A stretch of 64,000 nucleotides of DNA, taken from the NCBI GenBank assembly GCA_034521815.1, contig JAXHLW010000013.1:416001-480000 (forward strand), given 5' to 3'. This DNA is from Trueperaceae bacterium. GTDB lineage: Bacteria > Deinococcota > Deinococci > Deinococcales > Trueperaceae. Positions 22,095 to 32,749 of the stretch are shown here, one piece after another. Each line of letters opens with the position of its first letter. Positions within the stretch are counted from its first letter, which is position 1. A program made the translations under genes and the position numbers. Below the pieces are notes generated by a model. It was not told the origin of the DNA, made no database searches, and saw only the letters and a program-made list of their open reading frames with translations.

Positions 22095-22357
22095 CCGCTC
22101 ATGCTAGCAGCCGCGGCGCGCTCGGCGTCGTCCGGCGCGCCGTGCATGGGCCTGCCGCCCGCCGGTCCGAGGTGGGTAGGCCGGCCGACGCGCCGGTCGT
22201 CGACCGGCAAGGTACATCTTGAGCACGCCGAGCGCGTCTTCGGACGCCCCACCGGTCGCCCGAGCCGAGCGATCCGGTCCCGGTCACGGAGGTCGTGCCG
22301 GGCCCGACGGTCGTGCGGTCGGTGGGTCGCACGGTCGACCCAATGAGGAGGTCGCGA

Positions 22358-23224
22358 ATGGCACGAGAATACGCTCATCCCGAAGTCCTGGTCGATACCG
22401 CCTGGGTCGAGACGCACCACGCCGCCGACGGCGTACGCGTCGTCGAGGTCGACGAGGACGTGCTGCTCTACGAGCAAGGACACGTGCCCGGAGCGGTCAA
22501 GCTGGACTGGCACACCGAGCTTCAGCGCCCGGACGTCCGAGATTTCGTCGACGAGGCCGGCTTCGCCGAGCTGATGAAGCGAAAGGGCATCTCGAACGAC
22601 GATACGGTCGTGCTGTACGGCGACAAGTCGAACTGGTGGGCCGCGTACGCGTTCTGGTTCTTCAAGTACAACGGCCATGCCGACGTCCGGCTGATGGACG
22701 GGGGCCGGCAGAAGTGGGTGGCCGAGGAGCGTCCGATGAGCACCGATCGGCCCGAGCCGGGGTCGGCCCGCTACGAGGTGCCCTACCGCGACGCCTCCAT
22801 CCGGGCGTTCGCGTCCGACGTGCTGCAGCACCTCCTCGCGGTCAAGGACGGTCGCGGCGCGCTGGTGGACGTGCGCAGCCCGGCCGAGTTCAGCGGCGAG
22901 AAGCTGCACATGCCCGAGTACCCGCAGGAGGGCGCCTTGCGAGGCGGGCACGTCCCCGGTGCGGCCAACATCCCGTGGGCGAGGGCGGTCGCGTCGGACG
23001 GGACGTTCCTGCCGGCGTCGGAGCTGGCCCAGCTGTACGGCGAGCAGGGCGTGACGGCGGACAAGCCGGTGATCGCGTACTGCCGGATCGCCGAGCGGAG
23101 CAGCCACAGCTGGTTCGTGCTGAAGTACCTGCTGGGCTACCCGAACGTCCGCAACTACGACGGCAGCTGGACGGAGTGGGGCAACATGGTGGGCATGCCG
23201 ATCGCGCAGGGCGAGGGCGGCTGA
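22358..23224 (+). CDS. Tandem-rhodanese thiosulfate sulfurtransferase (CysA/SseA family)
   Basis: [11 protein letters not shown], active-site [28 protein letters not shown]. Confidence 0.93.
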   Translation: MAREYAHPEVLVDTAWVETHHAADGVRVVEVDEDVLLYEQGHVPGAVKLDWHTELQRPDVRDFVDEAGFAELMKRKGISNDDTVVLYGDKSNWWAAYAFWFFKYNGHADVRLMDGGRQKWVAEERPMSTDRPEPGSARYEVPYRDASIRAFASDVLQHLLAVKDGRGALVDVRSPAEFSGEKLHMPEYPQEGALRGGHVPGAANIPWARAVASDGTFLPASELAQLYGEQGVTADKPVIAYCRIAERSSHSWFVLKYLLGYPNVRNYDGSWTEWGNMVGMPIAQGEGG

Positions 23225-23314
23225 GCGCGCGAGGCTGAGCGCGCGAGGCTGAGCGCACGAGGCTTCTCGAGCCGAGGGAGGCGTCGGCCGCTGCGACGTC
23301 ACCGCACGACGCGA

Positions 23315-23354
23315 CGTGACGAGGGCCGGGGGGCGCCCCCCGGCCCTCGTCACG
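23315..23354. terminator. Long GC hairpin between convergent sulfurtransferase and gabT (probable bidirectional terminator)
   Basis: CGTGACGAGGGCCGGGGG / CCCCCGGCCCTCGTCACG inverted repeat. Confidence 0.65.
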
Positions 23355-23404
23355 GTTCGCATCGGTCTCGCGCGTCGCTCGACCCGTCGGGCCGAGCGGG
23401 TCGC

Positions 23405-24724
23405 TCAGGCCGCGGTGGCGACCTTGGTCAGGGCGTAGCGGATGGCGGCTTCGAGCTTCTCGCCGCCCTCGGCGAGCTCGTCGTCGGACAGGTTCAACGG
23501 CGGCAGCAGCCGGATCACGTTGCCGTAGCTGCCGGTCGGCAGCAGGATCAGTCCGGCGTCGCGCGCGTGGGCGACGATCGCCTCGACCGCGGCGGTGTCG
23601 GGCGTCCGAGACTCGTCCTTCACGAACTCGATCCCGATCATGGCGCCTTCGCCGCGGACGTCGCCGATCTGGTCGAACTCGGTCTGTAGCGCCCGAAGGC
23701 GGTCTCCGAGCCGCTCGCCGATCAGGCGGGCGCGCTCCAGCAAGCCCTCCTCCTCGATGACGTCGAGCGTCGCGAGGGCGGCCGCGATCGACACCGGGTT
23801 GCCCCCGAACGTCGTCCCCAGCATGCCCGGCTCCATCCGGTCCATGACCTCGGCCTTGCCGATCACGGCGGACAGGGGGAACCCGGACGAGAGCGCCTTG
23901 GCGCTCGTCACCAGGTCCGGCTCCAAGCCGTGGTGATCGACCGCCCACCAAGCGCCCGTGCGGCCGATTCCGGCCTGCACCTCGTCGTCGATCCAGAGCG
24001 CTCCGATCTCCGACGCGTACGCCCTCAAGGCCGCCAGGAACGACGCGGGGGCGGGGATGAAGCCGCCTTCGCCGGCGATGGGCTCGATCACGAACGCGGC
24101 GACCTCCGACTCGCCGATCGTCGTCTTGATCTGGTCGCGCAGCCGGCCGGCGTCGTGCTGACAGCAGAGGCCGTCCGCGCGAGGCCCGCCGAACGGGCAG
24201 CGGTAGCAGTACGGGTAGTCGGCGCGATAGACCTCGGCCGCGCGCGGCGCGAAGCCGGCCTTGTACGGGTTCGCCTTGCCGGTCAGCGACAGCGCCATGT
24301 GGGTCCGGCCGTGGAACGCGTGCGTGAACGCGACGATGCCCTGGCGGCCGGTCGCGACGCGAGCGATCTTGACCGCGTTCTCGACCGCTTCGGCGCCGGT
24401 GTTCGCCAAGAACGTCTTCTTCGCGCTATCGCCAGGCGCGATGGCGTTGAGCCGCTCGGCGAGGTTCAGGTAGCTCTCGTGCATCCCGACGGCGAAGCAG
24501 AGATGCTGGAACTCGCTGGCCTGACGCTGGACCGCCTCGAGCACGCGTGGATGCGAGTGACCGACGTTCATCACGGCGATGCCTACGGAGAAGTCGAGGT
24601 AGCGCGTCCCATCGGCGTCCCAGACGTAGCTCCCTTTGGCGCGGGCCGGGTAGAAAGGGTGGACCGACGCTGCGGCTGGGGCGACCGCTGCCTTACGACG
24701 GCGGGCGAGATCGGCGTTGCTCAT
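23405..24724 (-). CDS. gabT: 4-aminobutyrate aminotransferase-like class III PLP aminotransferase
   Basis: TGAEAVENAVKIAR, AFHGRT, EPIAGEGGF, DEVQAGIGRTG, SAKALSSG (PLP Lys), GTTFGGNP. Confidence 0.85.
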   Translation of the reverse strand: MSNADLARRRKAAVAPAAASVHPFYPARAKGSYVWDADGTRYLDFSVGIAVMNVGHSHPRVLEAVQRQASEFQHLCFAVGMHESYLNLAERLNAIAPGDSAKKTFLANTGAEAVENAVKIARVATGRQGIVAFTHAFHGRTHMALSLTGKANPYKAGFAPRAAEVYRADYPYCYRCPFGGPRADGLCCQHDAGRLRDQIKTTIGESEVAAFVIEPIAGEGGFIPAPASFLAALRAYASEIGALWIDDEVQAGIGRTGAWWAVDHHGLEPDLVTSAKALSSGFPLSAVIGKAEVMDRMEPGMLGTTFGGNPVSIAAALATLDVIEEEGLLERARLIGERLGDRLRALQTEFDQIGDVRGEGAMIGIEFVKDESRTPDTAAVEAIVAHARDAGLILLPTGSYGNVIRLLPPLNLSDDELAEGGEKLEAAIRYALTKVATAA

Positions 24725-24927
24725 GGACACCTCCCGAGGATCGTGCGATGGTTTCGAAGGCGCTCGTCCGGTTGCGACGACGGATCCGCGATCGTATGGC
24801 TCCGTCTACGTTCGATTCCAAAGCGTGCCTACCTTCGTACCTTCGAGCGTAGCATCGGGGCCGTGGGCCGTACACCCCCGCACGCCCCGCCACCGTCCGA
24901 TCGGCGGCGGAACGGTAGCGTGACGAC

Positions 24928-25743
24928 GTGAGCATCGACCCCCGCATCCAGGCGACGTCGGCCCAGGGACCGGTCGTGCCTCGGCTACGCGTCACCGCGG
25001 CGCCCGGGTTCGAGGACGCCGCTGCCCGCTGGTCCGCGCGTCTCGGCGCCCCCTTCGGCCCCGGTCCCGCCACGGTGCATGCGCATCTGGGGCCCCGCGG
25101 CCTGGGGGTCCGTCCCGGCAGCGGTCCGCACGCGGACGCGGAGCCGTGGGTCGTCGATCTGGCTGCGACCCGGCCCGGCGGCGAGCCGGTGGTGCGCGCG
25201 GTGCGCGGCAAGCGCAGCGCCCGCGAGCTGTCGGTCGTGGACGCGACCGCCGGATTCGGCGTCGACGCGGCCGCGTTGGCGCGTGCAGGTATGCGGGTGA
25301 CGATGATCGAGCGTGACCCCCTGCTGGCCGCGCTGCTCGAAGACGCGCTGGCCCGCCTGGCGAACGCGACGGATCCGAGCGCGACCGAGCTGGCCGGTCG
25401 GCTCATGCTGGTGCGCGCCGACGCTCGCGCCGTTCTCCAGTCGCTGAGGCCCGGGCCCGACGTCGTCTACCTGGACCCCATGTACCCGCGCAAGGGCACG
25501 GCGGCGAAGCGTCGAGGGGCGGCCTGGCTTCGCGCCTGGACCGGCGAGCGTGCCCCGTCGGCGGACGCTGCCGACCAGGAGCTCCTGGCGCTGGCCCGCC
25601 GCGCCGCCACGATCCGCGTCGTCGTCAAGCGCCCCGCGAAGGCGCCGGCGATCGGGCCCGGCCGGAGCGGAGCACGGCGCGGGACCACCACACGCTTCGA
25701 TCTGTACGCCGGCCTAGGGAGCTCGTCCGAGGCCGAGCCCTGA
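24928..25743 (+). CDS. rsmJ: RsmJ-like SAM-dependent methyltransferase (16S m2G1516 family)
   Basis: VVDATAGFGVDA, MIER, VVYLDPMYP, RVVVKRP, TTRFDLY motifs. Confidence 0.8.
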   Translation: MSIDPRIQATSAQGPVVPRLRVTAAPGFEDAAARWSARLGAPFGPGPATVHAHLGPRGLGVRPGSGPHADAEPWVVDLAATRPGGEPVVRAVRGKRSARELSVVDATAGFGVDAAALARAGMRVTMIERDPLLAALLEDALARLANATDPSATELAGRLMLVRADARAVLQSLRPGPDVVYLDPMYPRKGTAAKRRGAAWLRAWTGERAPSADAADQELLALARRAATIRVVVKRPAKAPAIGPGRSGARRGTTTRFDLYAGLGSSSEAEP

Positions 25744-25848
25744 AGGCCGACGCCGCGGACGGCGCCTGGGGCCCGATGGACCCAGCGGAACCGAGACGAT
25801 AGAGGATGGGGAACGAGGACGAAGGAGGACCCGCGGCGGAGAAGACGG

Positions 25849-25922
25849 TGGCTGGCCCGCAGGGATTCGAACCCCGACCGACTGGACCAAAACCAGTTGT
25901 CCTGCCATTAGACGACGGGCCA
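25849..25922 (-). tRNA. tRNA-Gln (anticodon TTG)
   Basis: TGGCCCG acceptor stem, ACTGG-TT[TTG]GT-CCAGT anticodon arm, GGTTCGAATCC T-loop, encoded CCA; 74 nt. Confidence 0.97.
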
Positions 25923-25947
25923 ACGCGCTCCGCCACGAGTCCGAAAG

Positions 25948-25976
25948 ATCGTATCCGCGCCGGCGCGGCCGGTCAA
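25948..25976 (-). promoter_or_regulatory. Sigma70-type promoter of tRNA-Gln(TTG)
   Basis: TTGACC-N17-TACGAT on the minus strand. Confidence 0.7.
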
Positions 25977-26106
25977 GCAGCAGCGACGGCCCAGCGATCT
26001 GCACGAACAGGATCTGCACGAACAGATCCGCAAGAACGACCCCGCACGAACGAACCCGCACGAACACGCCGCCCATCCGGAGGACGGGCGGCGGAGTGTC
26101 CGAAAA

Positions 26107-26180
26107 TGGCTGGCCCGCAGGGATTCGAACCCCGACCGACTGGACCAGAACCAGGTGTCCTGCCGTTAGACGACGGGCCA
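26107..26180 (-). tRNA. tRNA-Gln (anticodon CTG)
   Basis: Differs from the TTG copy at 3 positions; anticodon loop TT[CTG]GT; encoded CCA; own promoter TTGACG-N18-TAGACT at 26192-26221. Confidence 0.96.
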
Positions 26181-26348
26181 GCGCGACGGGGAGTCTACGC
26201 GAGTGGACGGCGCCACGTCAAGCGCTGGTGGGGCGCCAGTGGGCTCGGGTCGCTCGGGAGCGCGGGCGCGAAAGCGCGGCCTTGGCAGATCCTCGGCCCC
26301 GTGGTAGCATCCCAAGCCGCGTACGGGTCTTCCGGCCGCGACCGACAG

Positions 26349-26440
<92 letters not shown>

Positions 26441-26550
26441 ACGTTTCGAACGGCCGCCGATCGTGGCGGCCGTTCGTATGCCGCGGGAGAGTCCGGGCCG
26501 CCGCACGATGCGGCCAGGCCGCACGGACCGCTCGCGATCGGAGGTTCCCG

Positions 26551-27177
26551 GTGTCCACGATGATCATCGACCACCCGCTGATCCAACACAAGCTCTCGAT
26601 CCTGCGCGACCGGACCACCCCGGTCCGCGACTTCCGCGCGCTGTCGACCGAGATCGCGATGCTCATGGCGTTCGAGGCGATGCGCGACCTTCCGCTCGAG
26701 CAGGCCACCGTCGAGACGCCGGTCGCGACGGCGCAGGTGCAGCGGCTCGCCGGAAAGAAGCTGGCCCTCGTCGCGATCCTCCGTGCCGGCCTGATCATGG
26801 TGGACGGCATCCTCGACCTCGTTCCCAGCGCTCGCGTGGGGCACATCGGCCTGTACCGCGATCCGGATACGCTGACGCCGGTGAGCTACTACGCCAAGCT
26901 GCCCGGCGACATCCGCGATCGCGACGTGTTCCTGCTCGACCCGATGCTGGCGACCGGTGGCAGCGCCGTCGCCGCGATCGACCGGCTCAAGGAGGAGGGC
27001 GCCGGGCGAATCCGCCTGCTCTGCATCCTCGCCGCGCCCGAAGGCGTGGACGTGGTCACGGCCGCCCATCCCGACGTCGAGGTCGTGCTGGCCGCGCTGG
27101 ACGAGCGGCTCGACGAGCACGGCTACATCGTTCCCGGGCTGGGCGACGCCGGCGACCGCATCTACGGCACGCGCTGA
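26551..27177 (+). CDS. upp: Uracil phosphoribosyltransferase
   Basis: [46 protein letters not shown] before GTG. Confidence 0.97.
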   Translation: MSTMIIDHPLIQHKLSILRDRTTPVRDFRALSTEIAMLMAFEAMRDLPLEQATVETPVATAQVQRLAGKKLALVAILRAGLIMVDGILDLVPSARVGHIGLYRDPDTLTPVSYYAKLPGDIRDRDVFLLDPMLATGGSAVAAIDRLKEEGAGRIRLLCILAAPEGVDVVTAAHPDVEVVLAALDERLDEHGYIVPGLGDAGDRIYGTR

Positions 27178-27275
27178 CGTGGACGGTGCGGCGCACGGTG
27201 CGGCGCACGGTGCGGCGCGGAGGCGACGAGAAGCGCTTCGCATGGATCGGCCGTCGCCAGCGATAGGATGGACGC

Positions 27276-28487
27276 GTGCGTAGCACCCTGCTCCCCTTCC
27301 TTCCCCTGGCCGGCGTCGCGTTCCTGACGGCGGTCGGCGTCGTGGCGGCGCTCGTTCCCGCGGTGCGCGCCTTCGCGCTCCGCATCGGCGCGGTTCAGGA
27401 GGGTGGCTCCGGCCACGGCCTGGGCCTGCGACGGCACGACGGCTCGGTGGCCAGCGTGGGCGGCATGGCGATCCTCGGCGGGTTCCTCGTCGCGTTGATC
27501 GTGGGCGCGCTGGTCGCGCCGCAAGCGCTGGGCGACGATCGCACCGCGCTGCTCGCGATCGTGCTGGGCGGCGTGCTGATGACGCTGCTGGGCCTGTTGG
27601 ACGATCTCTGGGAGCTGCCGGTGGCCATGCGGCTCGCCGTGCAGACCGTCGCGGCGGGCATCCTCGTCGCGAACGGGGTGACGATCGACTTCGTGACGAA
27701 CTACTTCGCCGTCGGTCCGCTGGCCCGCTGGGCGGGGGAGGGCAGCTTCCTGTTCTTCGGCGAGACGCTGGCCGCCGTGCTGACGCTGATCTGGGTCGTG
27801 GGGTTCACGAACGCGTTCAACTTCATCGACGGCGTGGACGGCCTGTCGTCCGGCGTCGCGGCGATCGGCAGCCTCAGCCTTCTCGCCGTGGCGCTCCAGG
27901 CGGACGGCCGGGGACCGTCCGTGCTGCTCCTCGCCGCCCTGGCGGGAGCCGCGATCGGCTTCCTGCGCCACAACGCCGGTCCCGCGACGATCTTCATGGG
28001 GGACACGGGCGCGTACCTGCTGGGCTACACCTTGGCGGCGACCAGCGTACTGGGCGCGCTGAAGGTGACGGCCGCGGTGACGGTCGCGACGCCGCTGCTG
28101 ATCCTGGGCCTTCCGGTGCTGAACCTCACCCAGGTCGCGGTTCGCCGGATGCGCAGGGGAGTCAGCCCGACGCGGGCGACGAACGATCACCTGCACGACC
28201 TGCTGCGAGCGCGTGGCCGTAGCGACCGAGGCACCGTGCTGACGCTCTGGACCGCGACCCTGCTGCTGGGCGTGGCCGGCATGCTGCTGGCGGAGACGCC
28301 GCCGGTGCTGATGGGACTGACCGTCGTATCCGCCGTGGTGGCGATCGGCGGCGCTAGCGCCCTGCGCTGGTCGGAGGTGCGCGCCGCCGAGAGCGGACCT
28401 CGGCTCGGCGACGGTCCCGGTGACGCTGCCGGCGACGTCGGCACGGTCGGTGCCCGTCCCGGGAGCCGATCGTCGCGCCGACGGTGA
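27276..28487 (+). CDS. WecA/TagO-like undecaprenyl-phosphate GlcNAc-1-P transferase (MraY/GT4 family)
   Basis: [33 protein letters not shown]; many TM helices. Confidence 0.9.
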   Translation: MRSTLLPFLPLAGVAFLTAVGVVAALVPAVRAFALRIGAVQEGGSGHGLGLRRHDGSVASVGGMAILGGFLVALIVGALVAPQALGDDRTALLAIVLGGVLMTLLGLLDDLWELPVAMRLAVQTVAAGILVANGVTIDFVTNYFAVGPLARWAGEGSFLFFGETLAAVLTLIWVVGFTNAFNFIDGVDGLSSGVAAIGSLSLLAVALQADGRGPSVLLLAALAGAAIGFLRHNAGPATIFMGDTGAYLLGYTLAATSVLGALKVTAAVTVATPLLILGLPVLNLTQVAVRRMRRGVSPTRATNDHLHDLLRARGRSDRGTVLTLWTATLLLGVAGMLLAETPPVLMGLTVVSAVVAIGGASALRWSEVRAAESGPRLGDGPGDAAGDVGTVGARPGSRSSRRR

Positions 28488-29626
28488 CGTCGCCGCGACG
28501 GGTCGCCGTCGCGTTCGGAACGCGGCCCGAGGCGTCGAAGATGGCGCCGGTCGTCGAGGCGCTCGGGGCCCATCCCTCGCTGCGCCCGTGGATCCTGACG
28601 ACGGGGCAGCACCGAGAGCAGCTCGACGACATGATGCGCCTGTTCGGGATGCGGGCCGACACGGACCTCGCGGTCATGACGGAGCGGCAGACGTTGCCGG
28701 ACCTGATGGCCCGGATCGTGCCGGCCGCGGCGGCCGCTCTCCGGTCCGCTTCCCCTGCGTTCTGCCTGGTGCACGGCGATACCTCGACGACGTTCGCGGT
28801 CGCGCTGGCGGCGTTCTACGAGGGGATCCCGGTCGGGCACGTCGAGGCCGGCCTTCGTAGCCACGACCTGGCCGAGCCGTTCCCCGAAGAGGCCAATCGG
28901 CGGCTGACCGACGTGCTCACGAGCCTCGATCTGGCGCCGACGGAGCAGGCCCGCCGCAACCTGCTGCACGAAGGCAAGGATCCAGGCGGCATCGTGGTCA
29001 CCGGCAACACCGCCGTCGACGCCGTTCGCGCCGTCGCGGCCCTTGGTCCCGGCGCGCCGGCGGACGGCGGCGAGGGGCCCACCGTCACGATCACGCTTCA
29101 TCGTCGCGAGAACCTTCCGGTCCTCGCAGGTCTCGCGACCGCGCTCGCCGATCTCGCGGCGACCCACCCGGCGATTCGCTTCGTCTGGCCGCTGCACCTC
29201 AACCCCCTGGTCGGCGACGCGGTTCGGCCGGCGATGGCGGGCCTGAGCAACGTGCGACTGTGCGATCCGCTGCCGTACGCCGAGATGGCGGCGCTGCTGG
29301 CGTCGAGCATGCTGATCGTCACCGACTCCGGCGGGCTGCAGGAGGAGGGCGCCGCGCTGGGCGTGCCCGTGGCCGTGCTGCGCAACGTGACGGAGCGCCC
29401 CGAAGGCGTGGACGCCGGGGTGCTCCGCCTGCTGGGCAACGAGCCGGGGAGGGTGCGCGCCGAGCTGGGCACGATGCTGGACGACGACACCGTCCTGGAG
29501 GCGATGCGGAATCGACCGAACCCGTACGGCGACGGCAAGGCCGGCCTGCGGATCGCTCAGTCGGTGGCCTGGCGGCTGGGTCTCGGACCAAGGCCGGACG
29601 ACTGGGACGTCGCGGTGATGCGCTGA
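28484..29626 (+). CDS. wecB: UDP-N-acetylglucosamine 2-epimerase (non-hydrolysing)
   Basis: [52 protein letters not shown]. Confidence 0.96.
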   Translation: MTSPRRVAVAFGTRPEASKMAPVVEALGAHPSLRPWILTTGQHREQLDDMMRLFGMRADTDLAVMTERQTLPDLMARIVPAAAAALRSASPAFCLVHGDTSTTFAVALAAFYEGIPVGHVEAGLRSHDLAEPFPEEANRRLTDVLTSLDLAPTEQARRNLLHEGKDPGGIVVTGNTAVDAVRAVAALGPGAPADGGEGPTVTITLHRRENLPVLAGLATALADLAATHPAIRFVWPLHLNPLVGDAVRPAMAGLSNVRLCDPLPYAEMAALLASSMLIVTDSGGLQEEGAALGVPVAVLRNVTERPEGVDAGVLRLLGNEPGRVRAELGTMLDDDTVLEAMRNRPNPYGDGKAGLRIAQSVAWRLGLGPRPDDWDVAVMR

Positions 29627-29660
29627 CGGGCGCGGAGCGCGCGATGCTATCGTCCTGAGC

Positions 29661-30956
29661 GTGCACGACGGATCCGTTCACCGACTCGCGTCGCGACGAC
29701 CCCTGCCCGGCGCTCGGCGCGACGGCGACGTACACGTTCTCGAATGGAGGGGCGCCCTCCTGATGGGGATCGTGAACGTCACCCCGGACAGCTTCAGTGA
29801 CGGAGGGCGGCACGCCGGCGCCGCCGAGGCGGTCGCCGAGGCGAAGCGGCAGGCCGCCGCCGGGGCCCGGATCGTCGACGTCGGTGGCGAGTCGACGCGG
29901 CCCGGGGCCGAGCCGGTGTCGCTGGACGAGGAGCTACGGCGCGTGCTGCCGGTGATCGAGAGGCTGGCAGAGGTCGAGAGGCTGGCAGAGGTCGAGAAGC
30001 TGATCGTGAGCGTCGACACGCGGCGGCCCGAGGTGGCGCGTGCGGCCTTGGCCGCCGGGGCGCATCTCGTGAACGACGTGGGCGGGCTGCGTGATCCGGA
30101 GATGGTCGCCGTCTGCGCGGAGGCTGGCGTGCCCGCCGTCGTGATGCACATGCGGGGGACGCCCCGAACGATGCAGGACGACCCCCGTTACGAGGACGTC
30201 GTCTCCGAGGTCGAGACGTTCCTGAGCGAGCGCGCCGAGGCGGCCGAGGCAGCGGGCGTGCCGTCCGTGGCGATCGATCCGGGCTGGGGCTTCGGCAAGC
30301 GCGACGAGGACAATCTGGCGCTGCTACGGGCGATCCCGCGCTTCGCCGCGAGCGGACGACCGGTCGTGATCGGGGCGTCCCGCAAGGGCTCGATCGGGCG
30401 TTGGGGCGGCGAGTCCGAGGCGTCGCGCCGCGATCCGGGCAGCTACGTCGTCCACCTCGCAGCGGCCCGCGCCGGCGCGGCGGTGCTCCGGGTGCACGAC
30501 GTTGCCGGGCATCGCCAGGCGCTGGCGGTCCAGGATGCGCTGGCCGCGCAGGGGATGCACGGGGTGCCCGCGGTGCCCGGAGAGGACCGGTCCTCGACCT
30601 CGGGGCGCGACCGGATCGTGCTCGAAGGCCTGGCGTTCCACGGCTACCACGGCGTGTTCGACGAGGAGGCGCGATTCGGCGCGCGCTTCGAGGTGGACGT
30701 CGAGATGCGGGTCGATCTGCCGGCCTCGGACGAGCTCGCCGCCACCGTCGACTACGCGCGGGTGTACGACCTCGTGGCGCGCGAGGTGACGGGCACGCGC
30801 TACCGCCTGATCGAAGCGCTCGCGAACGCGATCGCGGCCCGGGTCTTGTCGGCGGACGCGCGGGTTCGCGAGGTGACCGTGCGCGTGCACAAGCCGCACG
30901 CGCCGCTGCCCGGCGTCGTCCGCGACGTCGTGGCGGAGGTGGTCCGCCGTCGCTGA
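29661..30956 (+). CDS. folP: Fused dihydropteroate synthase / dihydroneopterin aldolase (FolP-FolB)
   Basis: MGIVNVTPDSFSDGG, GGESTRPG, IDPGWGFGK, GASRKG, LRVHDV, followed in frame by FolB motifs FHGYHGVFDEE, TVDY, LIEALA, HKPHAP. Confidence 0.92.
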   Translation: MHDGSVHRLASRRPLPGARRDGDVHVLEWRGALLMGIVNVTPDSFSDGGRHAGAAEAVAEAKRQAAAGARIVDVGGESTRPGAEPVSLDEELRRVLPVIERLAEVERLAEVEKLIVSVDTRRPEVARAALAAGAHLVNDVGGLRDPEMVAVCAEAGVPAVVMHMRGTPRTMQDDPRYEDVVSEVETFLSERAEAAEAAGVPSVAIDPGWGFGKRDEDNLALLRAIPRFAASGRPVVIGASRKGSIGRWGGESEASRRDPGSYVVHLAAARAGAAVLRVHDVAGHRQALAVQDALAAQGMHGVPAVPGEDRSSTSGRDRIVLEGLAFHGYHGVFDEEARFGARFEVDVEMRVDLPASDELAATVDYARVYDLVAREVTGTRYRLIEALANAIAARVLSADARVREVTVRVHKPHAPLPGVVRDVVAEVVRRR

Positions 30957-31464
30957 GCGCGACGAGGCGCTGATCGCGCTCGGGGCGAACCTGGGCGACC
31001 GGGCCGCCTCGTTGCGACGCGCCGTCGTCGCGCTCGCGTCGTTGGGCCGCGTGCGTCGTCGCTCGGGCATCTACCGCACGGCTCCTGTCGGGGGTCCAGA
31101 GGGGCAGCCCGACTACCTGAACGCCGTGGTCGCCCTGCTCCCGAACACCGAGCTCGACGAACCCACGGCGCTCTTGGCCGCGCTCCACCGGATCGAGGAC
31201 GAGCTGGGCCGCACGCGAAGGATCCGCTGGGAGGCGAGGGTGCTGGATCTGGACCTGATCGCCGTCGGCGACACCGTTCGCGACGGTCCCGACGTCGTGC
31301 TTCCGCATCCGGCCGTGATGGAGCGACCGTTCGTGCTGGTGCCGCTGCTGGACGTGGCGCCCGACTGGCGGAATCCGCGCGACGGACGGCGCGCGGCAGC
31401 GGTGGTAGCGGAGCTGGACAGCGACGACGTGCGCCCCTCGGGGCTGTCCTGGACGACACGGTAG
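30949..31464 (+). CDS. folK: 2-amino-4-hydroxy-6-hydroxymethyldihydropteridine pyrophosphokinase (start codon problematic)
   Basis: ALIALGANLGDR, YRTAPVG, YLNAV, RWEARVLDLDLI, LPHP, RPFVLVPL; no in-frame ATG/GTG/TTG upstream of the first conserved motif. Confidence 0.9.
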   Translation, partial: VAERDEALIALGANLGDRAASLRRAVVALASLGRVRRRSGIYRTAPVGGPEGQPDYLNAVVALLPNTELDEPTALLAALHRIEDELGRTRRIRWEARVLDLDLIAVGDTVRDGPDVVLPHPAVMERPFVLVPLLDVAPDWRNPRDGRRAAAVVAELDSDDVRPSGLSWTTR

Positions 31465-31476
31465 ACTGCAGCCCGC

Positions 31477-32196
31477 ATGCGCGTCCTGGCCATCGCCGAT
31501 CCCCATCTTTCCCGCCGCGACCCGAAGCCGATGGACGTGTTCGGTCCGGGCTGGGAGGGGCATCCCGAGTCGTTCTTCGCAGGCTGGCGCGAGGTCGTCC
31601 GCGACGACGACCTGGTGCTGATTCCCGGCGACCTGTCGTGGGCGATGCGTTTGGAGGACGCGCTGAGCGACCTGCACGACATCGCCGCGTTGCCGGGGAC
31701 GAAGGTCATCCTGCGCGGGAATCACGACTACTGGTGGCCGTCGATCGGGAAGCTACGGGCGGCACTGCCCCCCGGGATGCATGCGATCCAGAACGATGCG
31801 CTCCGGATCGGTGGGGTGGTGATCGCGGGAACGCGTGGCTGGACCTGTCCGGGGAGCCACGAGTTCGGCGACCACGACGAGAAGATCTACCGGCGGGAGC
31901 TCGATCGTCTGGACCTGTCGCTGACGCGTGCCCAGGAGCTACGCAGGCCGGGCGACCTGTCGGTGGTGATGTTGCACTATCCGCCGACGAACCCGCGGTT
32001 GGAGCCGTCGGGCTTCACCGAGCGGATCGAACGGTTCGCGCCCGACGCGCTGGTGTTCGGGCACGTTCACGGTGGACGGCAGCAGGTGGTGTCCGAGGTC
32101 GACCACGTCCGCGTCCTGTTCGTCGCGGCGGACGCGGTCCGGTTTCGACCGGTGGTGGTGTTCGGCGCCGGCGAGGGGACCAAGGCGACGGACTGA
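31477..32196 (+). CDS. Calcineurin-like metallophosphoesterase
   Basis: AIADPHL, PGDLSW, RGNHDYWW, MLHYPP, FGHVHG motifs. Confidence 0.9.
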   Translation: MRVLAIADPHLSRRDPKPMDVFGPGWEGHPESFFAGWREVVRDDDLVLIPGDLSWAMRLEDALSDLHDIAALPGTKVILRGNHDYWWPSIGKLRAALPPGMHAIQNDALRIGGVVIAGTRGWTCPGSHEFGDHDEKIYRRELDRLDLSLTRAQELRRPGDLSVVMLHYPPTNPRLEPSGFTERIERFAPDALVFGHVHGGRQQVVSEVDHVRVLFVAADAVRFRPVVVFGAGEGTKATD

Positions 32197-32252
32197 CCGG
32201 CGAGCGGTGCGAAGCGAACCTCGGGAAAACCTTGGGGACCGTGCCGGGGCGT

Positions 32253-32678
32253 CTACGCGCCGGGAGCGTCGCTGCCGTGCTCCTGCGGCTCGTGCGAGCC
32301 GTTCGTCGCATCGGCCAGCGGCCGGGTGGCGTCGTCTCCCGTAAGGCGGTGGTAGGCGGTGATCGCGTCCTGGCCTCGATGCCAGACGAGGTGCACGACC
32401 TCGCCGTCGACGCGGCTGGGGAACTCGACCACGCCGGTCGAAAGGTCCGGTACCTGCACCCCGAGGCGCTCCACCTCGCGGCGGGCGCCGTGGGCGGCGT
32501 TCAGCACGAACGCGAGCTCTTGACGTACGGAAAGCGCCTCGACCGAGCCTTGGCGGACGTTCGATGCGCGGGCTTGGACCTCTTCGAGGTCGCTCAGGGC
32601 CAGTTGAAGCTCGGCGAGTCGGGCGTCCACGATCGGGAGCATCCGCGTGGCGCCCTCGAGCGAGAATAGTTTGAACAC
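32253..32678 (-). CDS. DUF2203 family protein
   Basis: FSLEGATRMLP, GVVEFPSRVDGEVVHLVWHRGQDAITAYH pattern; GGAGG SD before GTG at 32678. Confidence 0.75.
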   Translation of the reverse strand: MFKLFSLEGATRMLPIVDARLAELQLALSDLEEVQARASNVRQGSVEALSVRQELAFVLNAAHGARREVERLGVQVPDLSTGVVEFPSRVDGEVVHLVWHRGQDAITAYHRLTGDDATRPLADATNGSHEPQEHGSDAPGA

Positions 32679-32749
32679 GAGGTTCACCTCCGACTACCGT
32701 CAGGATACGCCATGGGCGGACGACTCGGCGTGAGCCGTCGCACATAAAA

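Noticed and set aside
25990..26070. Repeated GCACGAAC units between the tRNA-Gln genes as a possible CRISPR or att site
   Set aside because: Units are short, irregular and lack unique spacers; no cas or integrase gene nearby.
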